From: Chiloscyllium plagiosum
Lineage: Eukaryota
DNA length: 64,000 nt
NCBI RefSeq assembly: GCF_004010195.1
Contig: NC_057718.1
Span: forward strand, 63,905,905 to 63,969,904
Reading direction: 5' to 3'
The notes below the pieces were generated by a model. That model was given only the letters and a program-made list of their open reading frames with translations. It did not search any database and was not told where the DNA came from. Below are positions 47,400 through 60,609 of this stretch, one piece after another. The translations under genes and the position numbers were made by a program. The stretch's first letter is position 1; each line of letters begins with the position of its first letter.

Positions 47400-50300
47400 A
47401 GAAGGGAGCTCTGAATTTCTGGGAGGTAATTCTGCTCAGAGCTCCGTCAGAAATGCAGAACTGTACTTCAATTCTGACAGTACGTTCTTAGCCCCCTTTT
47501 CATAGTAGTCAGCTGCTGCATACTGAAATGTAAAAGTGCTGACAGCCACTTTGACAGCTGCTGTCAAAGAATAAGTACATCAGGTAAGTGTAATATTAGG
47601 GTGCTGGATGGGCAGGGTGACAGATGGATGGGGAGGTAGGGTGCCAGATAAGTATGTGCCAGGTTGGTAGGGTATCAGCTGGGTAGGGTTGCCAGCTGGA
47701 AAGGAGTAGTGTGCCAGGGCCAAGTCTGATGAAGAGTCACACAAGATTCAGAACATTAATTTTATTTCTCTCTCTATTGATGCTGCCAGATCTGCAGAGT
47801 TTTTCTAGCATTCTCAGTGGTTGCTTCAGATTTCCAGCATCTTCAGTATTTTGCTTTTATTAGATTAGGAGTCTTGTCGTGCAAAGGGCGGTGAGAGGCA
47901 AGTGTTCATAAACTGTGTTTTCCTACAGCAATGTGTGTCCAGTCCAACAAGAAAGGATGTATTGTTAGACCGGGACCTTGCAAGCAAGGTAGGCCAAGTG
48001 GATCAAATGTCAGTGAGGCATCATTCAGGAGACAGGTGACCATTGTACCATAAGGCTCAGGATAGTGTTGGAGAATTTTGTGCAGAGTAAGGAAAATATA
48101 TTGGTGGAGAACTGATGTCAATGGGGCATAGACAGAACTGGGCAAAACTTATTGGAAAACCAGAGGACCAGCAAAAGCAGTAACTGAACAAAGTGCTACT
48201 TTCGAAGAGCAGATGGTTCAGGTACCATGGCGGTACAGTCTCTCAATTAGGAAAGAATGTACAAATAAATTCAGAATGCCCTGGATGACAAAGGAGGCAG
48301 AAATTAACATTGGAAAGAAAAAGTGTGCTTTGTAAGGCAAACAATACAACTGAGAACCAAGAAGGATGTGGCAGATTTGGAGGAAAGATGACAAAAGCAA
48401 GTAAAGGAAGTAAAGAGGAACTAAGAGAAAAGATTGGCAGCTAACATTGAGGGGAATCCCAAAGTTGTCTTTAGGCATATAAACAGTAAAAGAGTGTTTA
48501 AAGGAGGATTAGGGCCAATCAGAGACCAACAATGGGATTTTTACAGGGGCCATGGTTAAGACATTAAATGAATATTTTGCATCTGTCTTTACAAAAGAGG
48601 AGGATTTTTGCCAGACCATGGTGACAGAGAAGAAAACTCTGTCACTAGAACGGTTCAAAATTAATAAGGAAGAAGACTTAGATAGGCTGTTGGTACTTAA
48701 AGTTGACAAAGTTGACTGGATGAGATGCATCACCTCACACTCCTCTGCACTGAAACTCATCTGGAGAAGGAATCACACTGAGGGCACTGCAGAGGTGGGT
48801 GGGCCCTCCGTCTCCCACCCTGCCTGTCCTCTTCGACCCTTGGAAGTTCTGACTGAGAACGGTCAACTTGCCTCTTGCAAGAAGACCCTCATCCAGACTC
48901 AGACACCAATGGAGTTACCTGAACAAACCTCGAAGGCAAACAGTTTCGAGTAGACAGCAGGCTCACTGCACCCCATCTGGAGAACAGGAGAGCCCAGTGT
49001 GCTGGAGCAGGATGGAGAAGAGCAAGAGACTATACTGAGGGAATATGGGGTGGGGGCACGGTGGACATGTTACAGTTATGTAAATAATTTGCTTTGTCCA
49101 TAAATATTTGTTTTTCACCATTCACCTCTCTGTGTCTGTGTGTATGGCTTAGACATGTTGTTGCACCCTGCAGCATTACTCCTTGAACTGTAATGATGGA
49201 CTAAATTGGGATCTACAAATAGTCCCCAAATATATAATGTCAGATCTGGGCTAGCAATGCATGTGCATGGCATTGACTCATTCTGACATCTTAAGCTATT
49301 TCACCTTCCTCATTGCCTACTGTCCAGCTGGCTGTGTGCATCAAGAAATTCCCCAGCAGTGACTGTGCCAGGGAGGAGCAACACATAGAGTGGCTGTAGG
49401 ATGACCAGGGAGTACACATGCTTCATTCCTATGTCACAAACATATTATTGTGTTCACTGCCACTATTCTTCCTTGCGAATGACCAATGACAAGTTTCAGA
49501 TGCAGTCCCTCTACCTCATGTATCAGCTCACTAACCACCCATTACGACTCTTGTTGTTCTCCTTGCACACTTTCCATGTGCTTCATGATTGAAATAACAG
49601 CAAGCAGTCCTCTGCCACTGTATTTCAGTCTCAGCAATAATGTGCCCCTGAGCCCCCACCATCACCCCTGCCTTCCTAGGTGTCCATTCCATTAATTACA
49701 CAGGCTTCACACTTTCCCAAGTCATCCATGAAGCTGTGTGCATGTGCCTACAGCTGTCTGTCCCCTTCATGGCCCACATCACTTGCCCCCACATTTCAGT
49801 GAACAGAAACGAGATCACTGTGGCCACTCTTTTGAGTAAACTGACCTTCCAGTATTGGCCTGGACTGTCTGGACCCCTGACTGGTGGCCACAGTATTTCC
49901 TGAGTGTGGTAGACCAACCTCCCTCCACCAAACTGGCCTTTAAAGAGAAAAGGCACTGACCATGACCTGCCCTCTGCAGCACCGTGGCAGGGACTCCCTG
50001 TACAAAGACACCCTGACTGATGCCTGTCTGTGGCCAAAATCCAGGACTGGTATGAGAAGCTGCACTTGTCTAACGATGCTGGATCCACCGCTTGGTGGGT
50101 ACCCTGCAGTCTTCACTGTGGACAGCTCCCCTGACACTTTCACACATGTCTCACTGATTGCAGTAGATTCCACGTGAATGCTGCTGCCACATGACACAGG
50201 TAATAGACCAACGTGGCACAGTGATGACCAAGACAGCTGCACAGCATGGCCACCAGCCTGGTTGTGTGACTACACCAATTTCCACTACAGGGCATGGCAG

Positions 50301-50929
50301 GGAAAGGGATGCTGTGGGCATCAGTAGGTGACAGGTGAAGCTTAGACAACAAGAGAGCAGCACTGTCAGGCAGCCTGATCCATGCCATAGACCGGGTACC
50401 TGTCCCTCTGCAATAATTGTATCTGTTGCAGCCATACACTGTTGGTTGCCAGTGTGCCCTGTCAGAGAAGGCCGGGCTTGCAGGGCGCAATGCTCGTACA
50501 TTGAGAGGTGTGAGGATGGCAGTGGTGGTTCCCTGGAAGTCAAGTGCCAGTATCTTAGTGGAAGGGTGTATGTGGATGTTGCTCATTGATTGCACCCTGC
50601 TCTGCAGGTTACAAAGTGGAGGTCATTCGGAGGAAGAGGCACGATGAAGCCATCATGGTTTCGTTATCAGTTTTCCCGTTGGCTACTTTGTTTGGTAGCT
50701 TCAGTAAGATTGCAAATGGAAAGGTAATGAGGGGAGTTGGTGTATCAACAAGGAGCTTAACAAATTAGCAACTTGCCATTGCCTGACAAGTATCTCCCGC
50801 TGCCTCTTGTGAAAAGTATAAAAGATGGGGCGAGACCATTTCAATGTTGAGATCAGCCTCACCACTCTTCTCATCTAATTCTGCCACATGTCTCAGCCCA
50901 TGTGATTCAGACTGTATAAACTTCCACCC
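47400..50929. mobile_element. Possible decayed PIF/Harbinger-like DNA transposon (with nested CR1 at 48150-48725)
   Basis: Ends aaacttccaccc followed by TTA; weak minus-strand DMC...AVH...RV similarity to Harbinger transposase near 50100-50150. Left end not defined. Confidence 0.25.
47720..47862 (+). mobile_element. Short PLE-derived element with degenerate hammerhead
   Basis: CTGATGA-A-GAGTC acacaa GATTC followed by the same body as the reverse complement of 29287-29386. Confidence 0.6.
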
Positions 50930-51329
50930 TTAACCTTTACTCCAAGACAGAGATGTTCATAGAAGTACTGGGGGCAAGGGAATTGCCCAAAAAGCTTGAC
51001 TTGCCCATTGGAAAGTGCAAACTTCCTGATCAGTTCCATGGAGTGTAGTGTACCTGGACTTTTTCAGGTTCCCAGTCTGCATTTTGCTCCATTTTGACAA
51101 TCTGGAGATTGAAATATCAGGGCCATGGTTTTGGTTCAAAAGCAAGAGCAAAAACACATTTAATGGACATGGAGTAACTAACTATATAGGCTGTGAGTTT
51201 AATGCTAGGTTAAGCTCCCTGCAGTTGGAAATACCTGGGAAGGAGAGCGAAAGGACAATACATGCTTGAATATTTTAAAGCAAAGGGTTCATAAAGTAAT
51301 GAAAACAGCAAAAAATTAATTGTCAGATA

Positions 51330-53152
51330 CAGTCAGTTCTTCTGTTATGTGATGGTTGCATTCTTGTGCAACCCCCCATTATAGAACAATTATGCTTTAG
51401 AAACGAACAGTACTACAACAGCACAGAATCAGGGGAGGAAGTGCTGGATGTCTTGAAATGCATAAAAGTGGATAAATCCCCAGGACCTGATCAGGTGTAC
51501 CCTAGAACTCTGTGGGAAGCTAGAGAAGTGATTGCTGGGCTTCTTGCTGAGATATTCGTATCATCAATAGTTACAGGTGAGGTGCTGGAAGACTGGAGGT
51601 TGGCAAACGTGGTGCCACTGTTTAAGAAGGGTGGTAAGGACAAACCAGGGAACTGTAGATCGGTGAGCCTGACCGGTGACCGGTGGTGGGCAAGTTGTTG
51701 GAGGGAATCCTGAGGGACAGGATGTACATGTATTTGGAAATCAAGGACTGATTAGGGATAGTCAACATGGCTTTGTACGTGGGAAATCATGTCTCACAAA
51801 CTTGATTGAGTTTTTTGAGGACGTAACAAAGAGGATTGCTGAGGGCAGAGCGGTAAATGTGATCTATATGGACTTCAGCAAGACATTCGACAAGGTTCCC
51901 CATGGGAGACTGATTAGCAAGGTTAGATCTCATGGAATACAGGGAGAACTAGCCATTTGGATACAGAACTGGCTCAAAGGGAGAAGACAGAGGGTGGTGG
52001 TGGAGGGTTGTTTTTCACACTGGAGGCCTGTGACCAGTGGAGTGCCATGAGGAGCGGTGCTGGGTCCTCTACTTTTTGTCATTTACATAAATGATTTGGA
52101 TGCGAGCATAAGAGGTACAGTTAGTAAGTTTGCAGATGACACCAAAATTGGAGGTGTAGTGGACAGCGAAGAGAGTTACCTCAGATTACAACAGGATCTG
52201 GACCAGATGGGCCAATGGGCTGAGAAGTTGGAGTTTAATTCAGATAAATGCGAGGTGCTGCATTTTGGGAAAGCAAATCTTAGCAGGACTTAATGGTAAG
52301 GTCCTAGGGAGTGTTGCTGAACAAAGAGACCTTGAAAGCACAGTCACAGGTAGATAGGATAGTGAAGAAGGCTTTTGGTATGCTTTCCTGTATTGGTCAG
52401 ACTACTGAGTAAAGGAGTTGGGAGGTCATGTTGTGGCTGTACAGGACAGTGGTTAGGCCACTGTTTTAATGTTGAGTGCAATTCTGGTCTCCTTCCTATC
52501 GGAAAGATGTTGTGAAACTTGAAAGGGTTCAGAAAAGATTTACAAGGATGTTGCCAGGGTTGAGGATTTGAGCTATAGGGAGAGGCTGAACAGGCTGGGG
52601 CTGTTTTCCCAGGAGTGTTGGAGGCTGAGGGGCGACCTTATAGAGGTTTACAAAATTATGAGGGGCATGGATAGTGTAAATAGGCAAAGTCTTTTCCCTG
52701 GGGTTGGGGAGTCCAGAACTAAAGGGCATAGGTTTAGGGTGAGAGGGGAAAGATATTAAAGAGACCTATGGGGCAACGTTTTCATGCAGAGGTTGGTACA
52801 TGTATGGAATGAGCTGCCAGAGGTAGTGGTGAAGGCTGGTACAATTGCAACATTTAAGAGGCATTTGGATGGGTATATGAATAGGAAGGGTTTGGAGGGA
52901 TATGGGCCGGGTGCTGGCAGGTGTGGCTAGATTGGGCTGGGATATCTGGTCGGCATGGACGGGTTGGACCAAACGGTCTGTTTCCATGCTGTACATCCCT
53001 ATGACTCTATGACTGTTAGTGTTGGCGCTGTAATTGCGTTACCGCCAATATATGTTTTAAAAATTTGCACTTTAGAAACAGCCTCCCCAATTCATCAATC
53101 GCATTACAGTGAATTCACTTTGAGGAAACGTGCGTTATAACAGAGTGACCTG
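51330..53152. mobile_element. pogo/Tigger-like MITE split by CR1
   Basis: TA|CAGTCAG..TCTGTTAT at the left and ATAACAGAGTGACCTG at the right (imperfect TIRs); ~230 bp once the LINE is removed. Confidence 0.45.
51420..53013 (+). mobile_element. HER1/CR1 LINE (young, 5'-truncated)
   Basis: KVDKSPGPDQVYPR, HGFVRGKSCLTNL, SKFADDTKIG; ends cctatgactctatgact. Confidence 0.93.
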
Positions 53153-54589
53153 CAGTCAGACAGGTGAGTACAGCCAGAGGCTCTTTGGCACATAGAGCAT
53201 TGAAGTATTGCATTTCCAAAATATTTAAATGCCCATGACCATATTAAAGTAGCAGTTTATGGAGTCAGGACTTCCACTGGTGTCACGGGATGATCCTTTG
53301 GGAATCCAGTGGTTGAAATAATGAAATGCTATTTCTTCAATTGTCAAAACCATTGTTCACACTATGGGTTGGATTTTGACAGGGAACCAACCTGAGACTG
53401 TGAAGCAAATTCTTCTGCGACAGTCTCTGTTGCCATTTCTTCATTGGAAGGATGATGACAGTTCATTGAAATTGACCCTAGGTTGCAGTGTGGATCAATG
53501 TTGATGTCAATATCGTAATTGTTCATTTTAGGCATTCTGTTGGCTGAAGTGGTTAAGTGACATTGTTTTGTCCGAAGGATAGATCTGATCTGTCAAATTC
53601 TTATTAGCAATGGGGATATTTTTAGAAACATTGTCCTCAGTAATGTGGATTTTGCTGATCAATGCCAATCAGAAATGCCACCTCTATCACAGTCCCCTTA
53701 TATAGTGACATAATACAGTTATGTATTTTTGATTATAGTGTGATTAGTAGAATGGTAGCAATGTACTTATATTTGTGTTGTGCAATCCACCACAGCACTT
53801 GGGAAGAATTCTGAGAGTAATGTTATCCCAACAAACTGGGACTCAAATAAAAAAAGTTGGATAATATCAGTCATCCAGTAACCAATAATGACTATTCTCC
53901 TCAGAGGGGCAATTGAAAGGAAATCTCCCTCTACATGAGGTACATTTCAAGATGGTAGAAGATTTAAACTGAGTTCATGTCGTGAGGCTAGACATATTGT
54001 GATCCATATATGTGGCCAATATTTTTAAACTTAATCTCTCATCAACATGGCACCTTCTGGAATAAGCCAGCACTCATTTTGGTCTGAAACTTTTTACATT
54101 TAGTACATAGGCTATAAATTAATGCAAAACAAATTTAAAACTTGCTACTGAATTGTACATGTAATTCCATTCTGCCTCATCTCAATACAGAAGACTGCTA
54201 ATACAAACAATGTTGACCATTTTCTATAACAAGTTAACTTATTTAGTGGCTTTATTTATAAAATGAATTATTTAAAGAAGAAAGCAAAATTTTGACCATG
54301 AAAATCCAGTACTGGTCTCTTGACTGATCACTAAGAGTTAATCAATGAAACCTGTCACTCCAATTCCCTTGCAATTCCTCCTGCTACAAATTTGAGAGAT
54401 GAAGTACTTCGATAAATTTTCCTAAACTGATGCAGCATACAATCTTTCTATGTGGTTAATAACTGCATGTTTATAGACCTTTATACGTTCCCAAAGTCCA
54501 AAACAAGACCAACTAATTTTATAACATATAAAATGTACTTGTAATTATACTCACAATTACTTTGGAGAAGTGGCCACAGAAATACTCAA

Positions 54590-55520
54590 CGGGTATCAAA
54601 GGCCAAACTTTCTGATGGTTGGAGTCATACTTGGCACAGAGGAAGATGGTTGTGGTTGTTGGAGGTAATTCATCTCAGTTTCAGGACATCTCTGCAGGAG
54701 TTCCTCAGGTTAGTGTATTTGGCCCACCCATCTTCATCTGCTTCATCAATGTCCTTCCCTCCATCATGTGGTCAGAAGTGGAATGTTTGCTGATGATTAT
54801 ACAACGTTCAGCACCACTCCACAGATACTGAAGCAGTCAAATGCAACAAGATCTGGAAAATATCCAGGCTTGGAGTAATAAGTGGCAAGTACCATTCAAG
54901 CTCCACAAATGGCAGGCTATCACCATCTTCAATAAAAAGAAATCTAATCACTGCCCATTGGCATTAAATGATGTTATCATCATTGAATTTCCTATTATCA
55001 ACATCCTTGGAGTTCCCATTGACCAGAAACCCAACTAGACTTACTGCATAAACACAGTGACTACAAGAGTATGTCAGAAGTTAGTAATGCTGTGGCAAAT
55101 AATTCACTGCCTGACTCCCCAAAGGCACAAGTCTAGAGTGTGGTGAAATACTCCCCACTTGCCTGGATAGTTACTACCCCAACAACATTTCAGAAGCTGG
55201 ACACCATCCAGGACAAAACAGCCCACTTGAATGGTACCACATCCATCATAGTAGCAATGTGTACTATCTACAAGATGCAATGCAGAAATTCACCAAAGAT
55301 CCTCAGATAGCAGCATCCACATCCATGACAACTTCCACCTAGAAGGACATGGGCAGTAGATACATGGGAACACCACCACAAACAAGTTCCCCTCCAAGCC
55401 ACTCACAGTCTTGACTTGGAAATGTGTTATCTTTCCTTCACTGTTGCTCAATCAAAATCCTGGAATTCCAATAAATATTGGCCAGTCAGCAATGCTCAGG
55501 TTCCACAAGTAAATCAAAAA
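54590..55520 (+). mobile_element. CR1/L2-group LINE RT + 3' end
   Basis: ESYLAQRKMVVVVGG..SAGVPQ.SVFGP; MQQDLENIQAWSNKWQV. Confidence 0.8.
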
Positions 55521-55559
55521 AGTTTGATAATTGTAATTTGCTGAACAAATAGCATTAAA

Positions 55560-57440
55560 CTGTATCCTTCTCCAAGATATTGAAAATCAAGAGGTGACAG
55601 GGGGGAGGAACATAAAACCCTCACCATCAGCAAGAGAAAAGTGCAGGGAAATTTAAAGGCTGAGAAGTCCCGAGGACTGGATAACCTGTACCTAGGATCC
55701 TAAAAGAAGTAGAGGCAGAAATAATGAATGCCTCGGTAATTTCCTTAGATTCCTAATATCTTTCTAATTTCTTCCTAATTTCTTTAGATTCTGGAAATGC
55801 CCAGCAGATAGAAAAAGTTTTTTTAATACTTGGGTTCAAGAAGGAAAAGATACTGAAAGGAGACTGTAGGCTAGTTAGCCTAACATCTGTCATCATGAAG
55901 GTGCTCAAATCTATTAATAAGGAAGTTATAACAGTTTGTAGTACTTAGAATATCATAATGTGATCAGGTATAGACAACATGGCTTTGTGAAAGGCAAATC
56001 ATGTTTAACTAATTTCTTGACACATTTTAAGCAATACGGATAAAGGGAACCTGTAGATGTGGCGTAGTTGAATCTCCAAAGGGCATTTAATAAGATACAA
56101 CATCAAAAGTTCCTACACAAGATAGATGTAAGGGAAAACATGCGAGTAAAGATAAATAATTTTTTGGCCAAGAGAAAATGCCAAGTAGGGATAAATGGGT
56201 CATTTCTTTCATTAGCAAACAAAAGCTAATGGACTGCCACAGGGATCAGTGCTGGAGCCTCAAGTAATTATTCAAGTTTGGAACAAAGGTAGGCCATTTG
56301 GCTTTCAAGCCTGCTCTGTTATTTAATAAAATCATCGCTGATCAGCGTGTCTTCCGAATTCCATATCCCCATCAATCCCTGATAACCATTTGTTTCCTTA
56401 TCTAACACAAATCGACTCCAACTTTGAAAATATTCAATTACCCTGCTTCCTCTACCTTCTGAGGTAAAGAGTTCCTGAGGTAAACCATCATACAAACCTC
56501 TGAGAGAAACCGAAATCCCCTCATCTCTATATTAAAAGAGGATCTCTAATTTCTATGAATGACTTGGATGAGTGGACTCAATCCATGTTAGCTGAAGGTG
56601 CCGATGATACCAACATGGATAGGAAAATTAGTTGTCAAAAGGAGTTAGCGAGCCTGCAAAGTGATGCAGACACATTAAGGCAATGAGAATAAAAAGACAG
56701 ATAAAGTATAATGTGGGAAAGTGTGAACTGGTCCATTTTGGAAGAACAAAAATGCAGTTTACTACTTAAATGGAGACTGGCAGCAGAACTCAATCGTATC
56801 ATTAGGTTTGGGTGCCCTGGTATAAAAATCATAAGAATGTCAGCACACGGATTCAATAGGAAGGCAAATGGAACGCTGTTGTTAATGCAAGGGGAATGGA
56901 ATGTAAGAATAATGATGATTTACTACAGCAATATAGTGAGACGATATCTGCAGTACTGTGTGCAATATTCAGCTTTTCATTTGGAAAAAGCTGTAAATGC
57001 GTTAGAAAGCAATTCAAAGAAGGTTCACTTGACTGGGATGAAGGGTATTGTCTGAAATAAAGGTTGAATGGTTTCGGGATGTAGCATTGGAGTTTTGAAG
57101 AATGAAGGGAGATCTTATTGAAAAACACACAGTCCTGAGGAGACTTGAGATGGTGTGGATACCAGGAGGATGTTTCATCCTGTGGTGGAAATGAGAAGCA
57201 GATGACACATATAAGAGATGACAGTCTTTTTCTCTCTCTCAGAGGGTCATTAGACTGTGTAAGTCTCTTCTGCAGAAAACTGTAGATGCTGCGTTACTGA
57301 AGTTATTCAATGCAGAGTCAGATAAATTTTTGATTGACGATGGTTAATGAGGAAGATAGAGTTAAGACAACAACCAGATCAGCCATTGAGTCACAGAGCA
57401 GAGTCAAAGGGGCAAATGATCTATTGCAGCTCCTAAGTCA
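55560..57440 (+). mobile_element. CR1 LINE fragment (old) with nested antisense CR1 tail (~56270-56550)
   Basis: HGFVKGKSCLTNF, GLPQGSVL, LQYCVQ motifs. Confidence 0.8.
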
Positions 57441-57895
57441 GGCCTTTCCAAATGCTGGGTTGGTTGCAAGCTGACATTTTGTGATCATGAACGTCAAGAC
57501 AACAATGGCTGACATGGACTAACAACTGTAGTCCCTTTAAATTCTAGCAGTTTTTTTTCTCATGGTGGGGCATAGCCATTCTAGAGCTCTAAGTGAAATG
57601 ATAGATGGTTCTTACCCTGAAATCCTTTTTGTTTTTTGTTCCAGCTGTTACTCCATCTCTGTTCTCACTGGTCTCTCAAGTCACCCCCATCCCACCACCA
57701 CTCTCACAACTTTAGAATTATGGCAGTTTTCAAAATGGGGTCACAATGGGAAAAGGTATTGGATGTGATACCCTAAGCCTAATGTTTCTGTGTTCATAGC
57801 AGCATGATGATAGCGCAGAGGTGTGGATGAATACAGTAAGTTAGGGTTAGGAAACTTTGAGGTAATTTCAATGTATACTAGTTGCTAGATATCTA

Positions 57896-58219
57896 GGGGT
57901 GGCACGGTGGCACAGTGGTTAGCACTGCTGCCTCACAGCGCCAGAGACCTGAGTTCAGTCAGACAGGCGACTGACTGTGTGGAGTTTGCACATTCTCCCT
58001 GTGTCTGCGTGGGTTTCCTCCGGGTGCTTCGGTTTCCTCCCACAGTCCAAAGATGTGCAGGTCAGGTGAATTGGCCATGCTAAATTCCCCGTAGTGTTAG
58101 GTAAAGGGGTAAACGTAGGGGAATGGGTGGGTTACGCTTCGGCGGAGCGGTGTGGACTTGTTGGGCCGAAGGGCCTGTTTCCACACTGTAAGTAATCTAA
58201 TCTAATCTAATCTAATCTA
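57896..58219 (+). mobile_element. Full-length HE1-type SINE with (TCTAA)n tail and 7-bp TSD
   Basis: tRNA-like head, tail repeats, ATATCTA at 57889-57895 and 58220-58226. Confidence 0.93.
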
Positions 58220-58519
58220 ATATCTACAAGTCACAACTTGACCAAAGTACCTTTAAGTTAAAGTGTTTATTTTTAATGAAAGCAAGCAACTATTTCTCCT
58301 GTGTTCCGTTCTGATTTGAGTTGTTCATGTTGTTTTTCACAGCAGACCAGCTTAAACAATTTTATGAATATGTTACAAAGCATGGCATTATTTGTTGAAT
58401 TCTGAAAGTTTGAATTTGAAGACAATTAATGATTATATTTCAATGCAACCAAAATGTCAATAGATTTGGTAATTGATTAATAAACCTGAATGATACTTTT
58501 CGAGGTTATAGATTTTTAA

Positions 58520-60360
58520 GTAAATTTAGTGTGTGAACTTTGCTGACTGGGCCAGCATTTGTTGTCTGTGTCTAATTGCCCTTGAAAATGAGGTACTGAG
58601 CTGCTTTCTTGCACCACTGCAGTTCATTTGGTGTGGATAGACCCACAATGCTGAAAGGAAGGCTTTTCCAGCATCTTGATCCAGTAACACCAAAGAAACA
58701 GATTGATTGAATGATTTTATTTTAGATTTAATGATTTTATTGTCACGTTTATTTTGCAGTGAGAAAAAATGAAAAATACAATGAAAAGCTTTTCCACAGT
58801 CACTACGATCTACTGCCATTTTGAATAGCTTTAAGAATAAGAAAAAAACAGAAGAGATAGCTTAAAGAGAGGCTATCAGTCCTGAGCCAGCTCATCATCA
58901 GTAATGCCTGTGTCACCATTCCTCCTCCACCACGTCACCGCTATCTACACCAGAACCAACCAGCGTTGAAGTCGCCACTCTTTAGGCACTACCTTTCACT
59001 ACTGAGCCAAATGTCCTGCACCGCCACCTCACTGCTGCCTGCACTGGACCAGCCAACGTCAGAGTTGCATTTCTCACTGTTGGGCACACCTTGTCGATGT
59101 CACTGTGATGCCCTTCCAACACCACTTTGCTGCCATCACCATCAGATCCAACCAGTGGCAAAGTCACTAATCCTCAGGTGCCATCTTTCACCGTTGTGCA
59201 TACCCCAACGATGTCATCCCCGTTGATGTAGCAACTGCCAATTCTGATGCCCTAGGCTCAGAAGAGTAAGTAGGAACACTTGATATTGCTAAGAGGTCCA
59301 TGCTGGGCTCACTCGAGTCTGTACTGATAAAATTTGAGTTTGTGCTGGGCTCCCTTGCCACCGCCATGAGATCCACATTGGACCCACTTGAATCCGCCCT
59401 GGGGCCCACACTTGGGTCCATGCTGGAGGTCCTTGCAGCCACTGAGCTCGGGGTACGTAAGAAGATAGAAGAAAAGCGGTCAAAGTGAATAAACCCCAGC
59501 TCAACAACCCTACCCCGCCATCATCTTGATATATTTCTTTATCAGGATGTTGAGTCACTTAGACAGGAACTTACAGGTGTTTGTTTTCCTATGTATCACC
59601 TTTACCTTTGTAGATTGTGGTGGTCATGGATTTGAAAGGTGCTGATGATTTCTGCAGTGCACCTTTAGATAGTACACACTGCTGCTACTGAGCATCAGTG
59701 GTGGAGGCAGTGAATTTTTATAGTGCCGATCAAGTGGGTTGCTTTATCCTAGAGCTTGAGCTTGGAGCTGCACTCATCCAGGCAAATGGAGAGTATTCCA
59801 TCACTCTCCAGATTTGTGTCTTATAGATGTTGGACAGGGTTTCCTGAGTCACGGGATGAGTTACTCGCTGTAGGATTCCTAACTTCTGAACTGTTCTTGT
59901 AGCCACAGTGTTTATACGGCTTGTCCAATTCAGTTTCTGGTTGATGGATAACCCCCAGGATGTTGATAGTGGGGGATTCGTGATAGTAATGCCATTGAAT
60001 TTCAAAGAGCAGTGGTTAGATTCTCTCTTCTTGGAGATGGTCAGTGCTTGGCCCCTGTGTGAATGTTACTCTATACGGATTATCTATTAATCAGCAGGAG
60101 GTTTCCTTGCCCATGTTTGAGCTGATTCTATGAGATAAACAATGTTGAGGACTTCTGGTGAGGCTCTCTCTGGTTGTATACCACTGTGCCACCTGTCGGT
60201 AAGGTATGAATCCATGGATGTGCCTATCAGGCTACTGCTTGACTAGTCTGTGTGACTAGTCACACAAATTTTGGCACTGGCCCCCTGAAGTTGATAAGGA
60301 GTACCTTATAGGGTTGATAGGGCAGAGTTTGATATTGTAATAATTAATGTCATGTGGTCT
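58520..60360 (-). mobile_element. CR1/L2-group LINE, interrupted by an unclassified ~830-bp insert (~58710-59540)
   Basis: NQKLNWTSRINTVATRTVQKLGIL..YKTQIWRVMEYSPFAW; same family as 54590-55520. Confidence 0.7.
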
Positions 60361-60609
60361 GACTGGTTTAATTCCCTTTAATCTCTTTTTTTTCTTTTCA
60401 TTCCTTTTCCTTTTAGCTTGAATAACCTAACATGCAATGAGTCACTCAAAAAAACAACTGACAAGCAGGAACATTTGTGGTCACAGCTTTTGTATCCTGG
60501 CCATTCACTGAGCCTTATGATCTTTTCTGGGGATACCATGATACCAAAACAGCTCCTATCAACATCACCGTTAACACCCTATGAAACCTTGCCAAAATTA
60601 AACTAACCC

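Noticed and set aside
53155..53170. Consensus donor CAG|GTGAGT
   Set aside because: The upstream sequence is MITE/LINE with no credible acceptor or frame; likely chance.
57896..57970. tRNA gene
   Set aside because: It is the tRNA-derived head of a SINE that continues into SINE body and tail; the same applies at 39826 and 22892.
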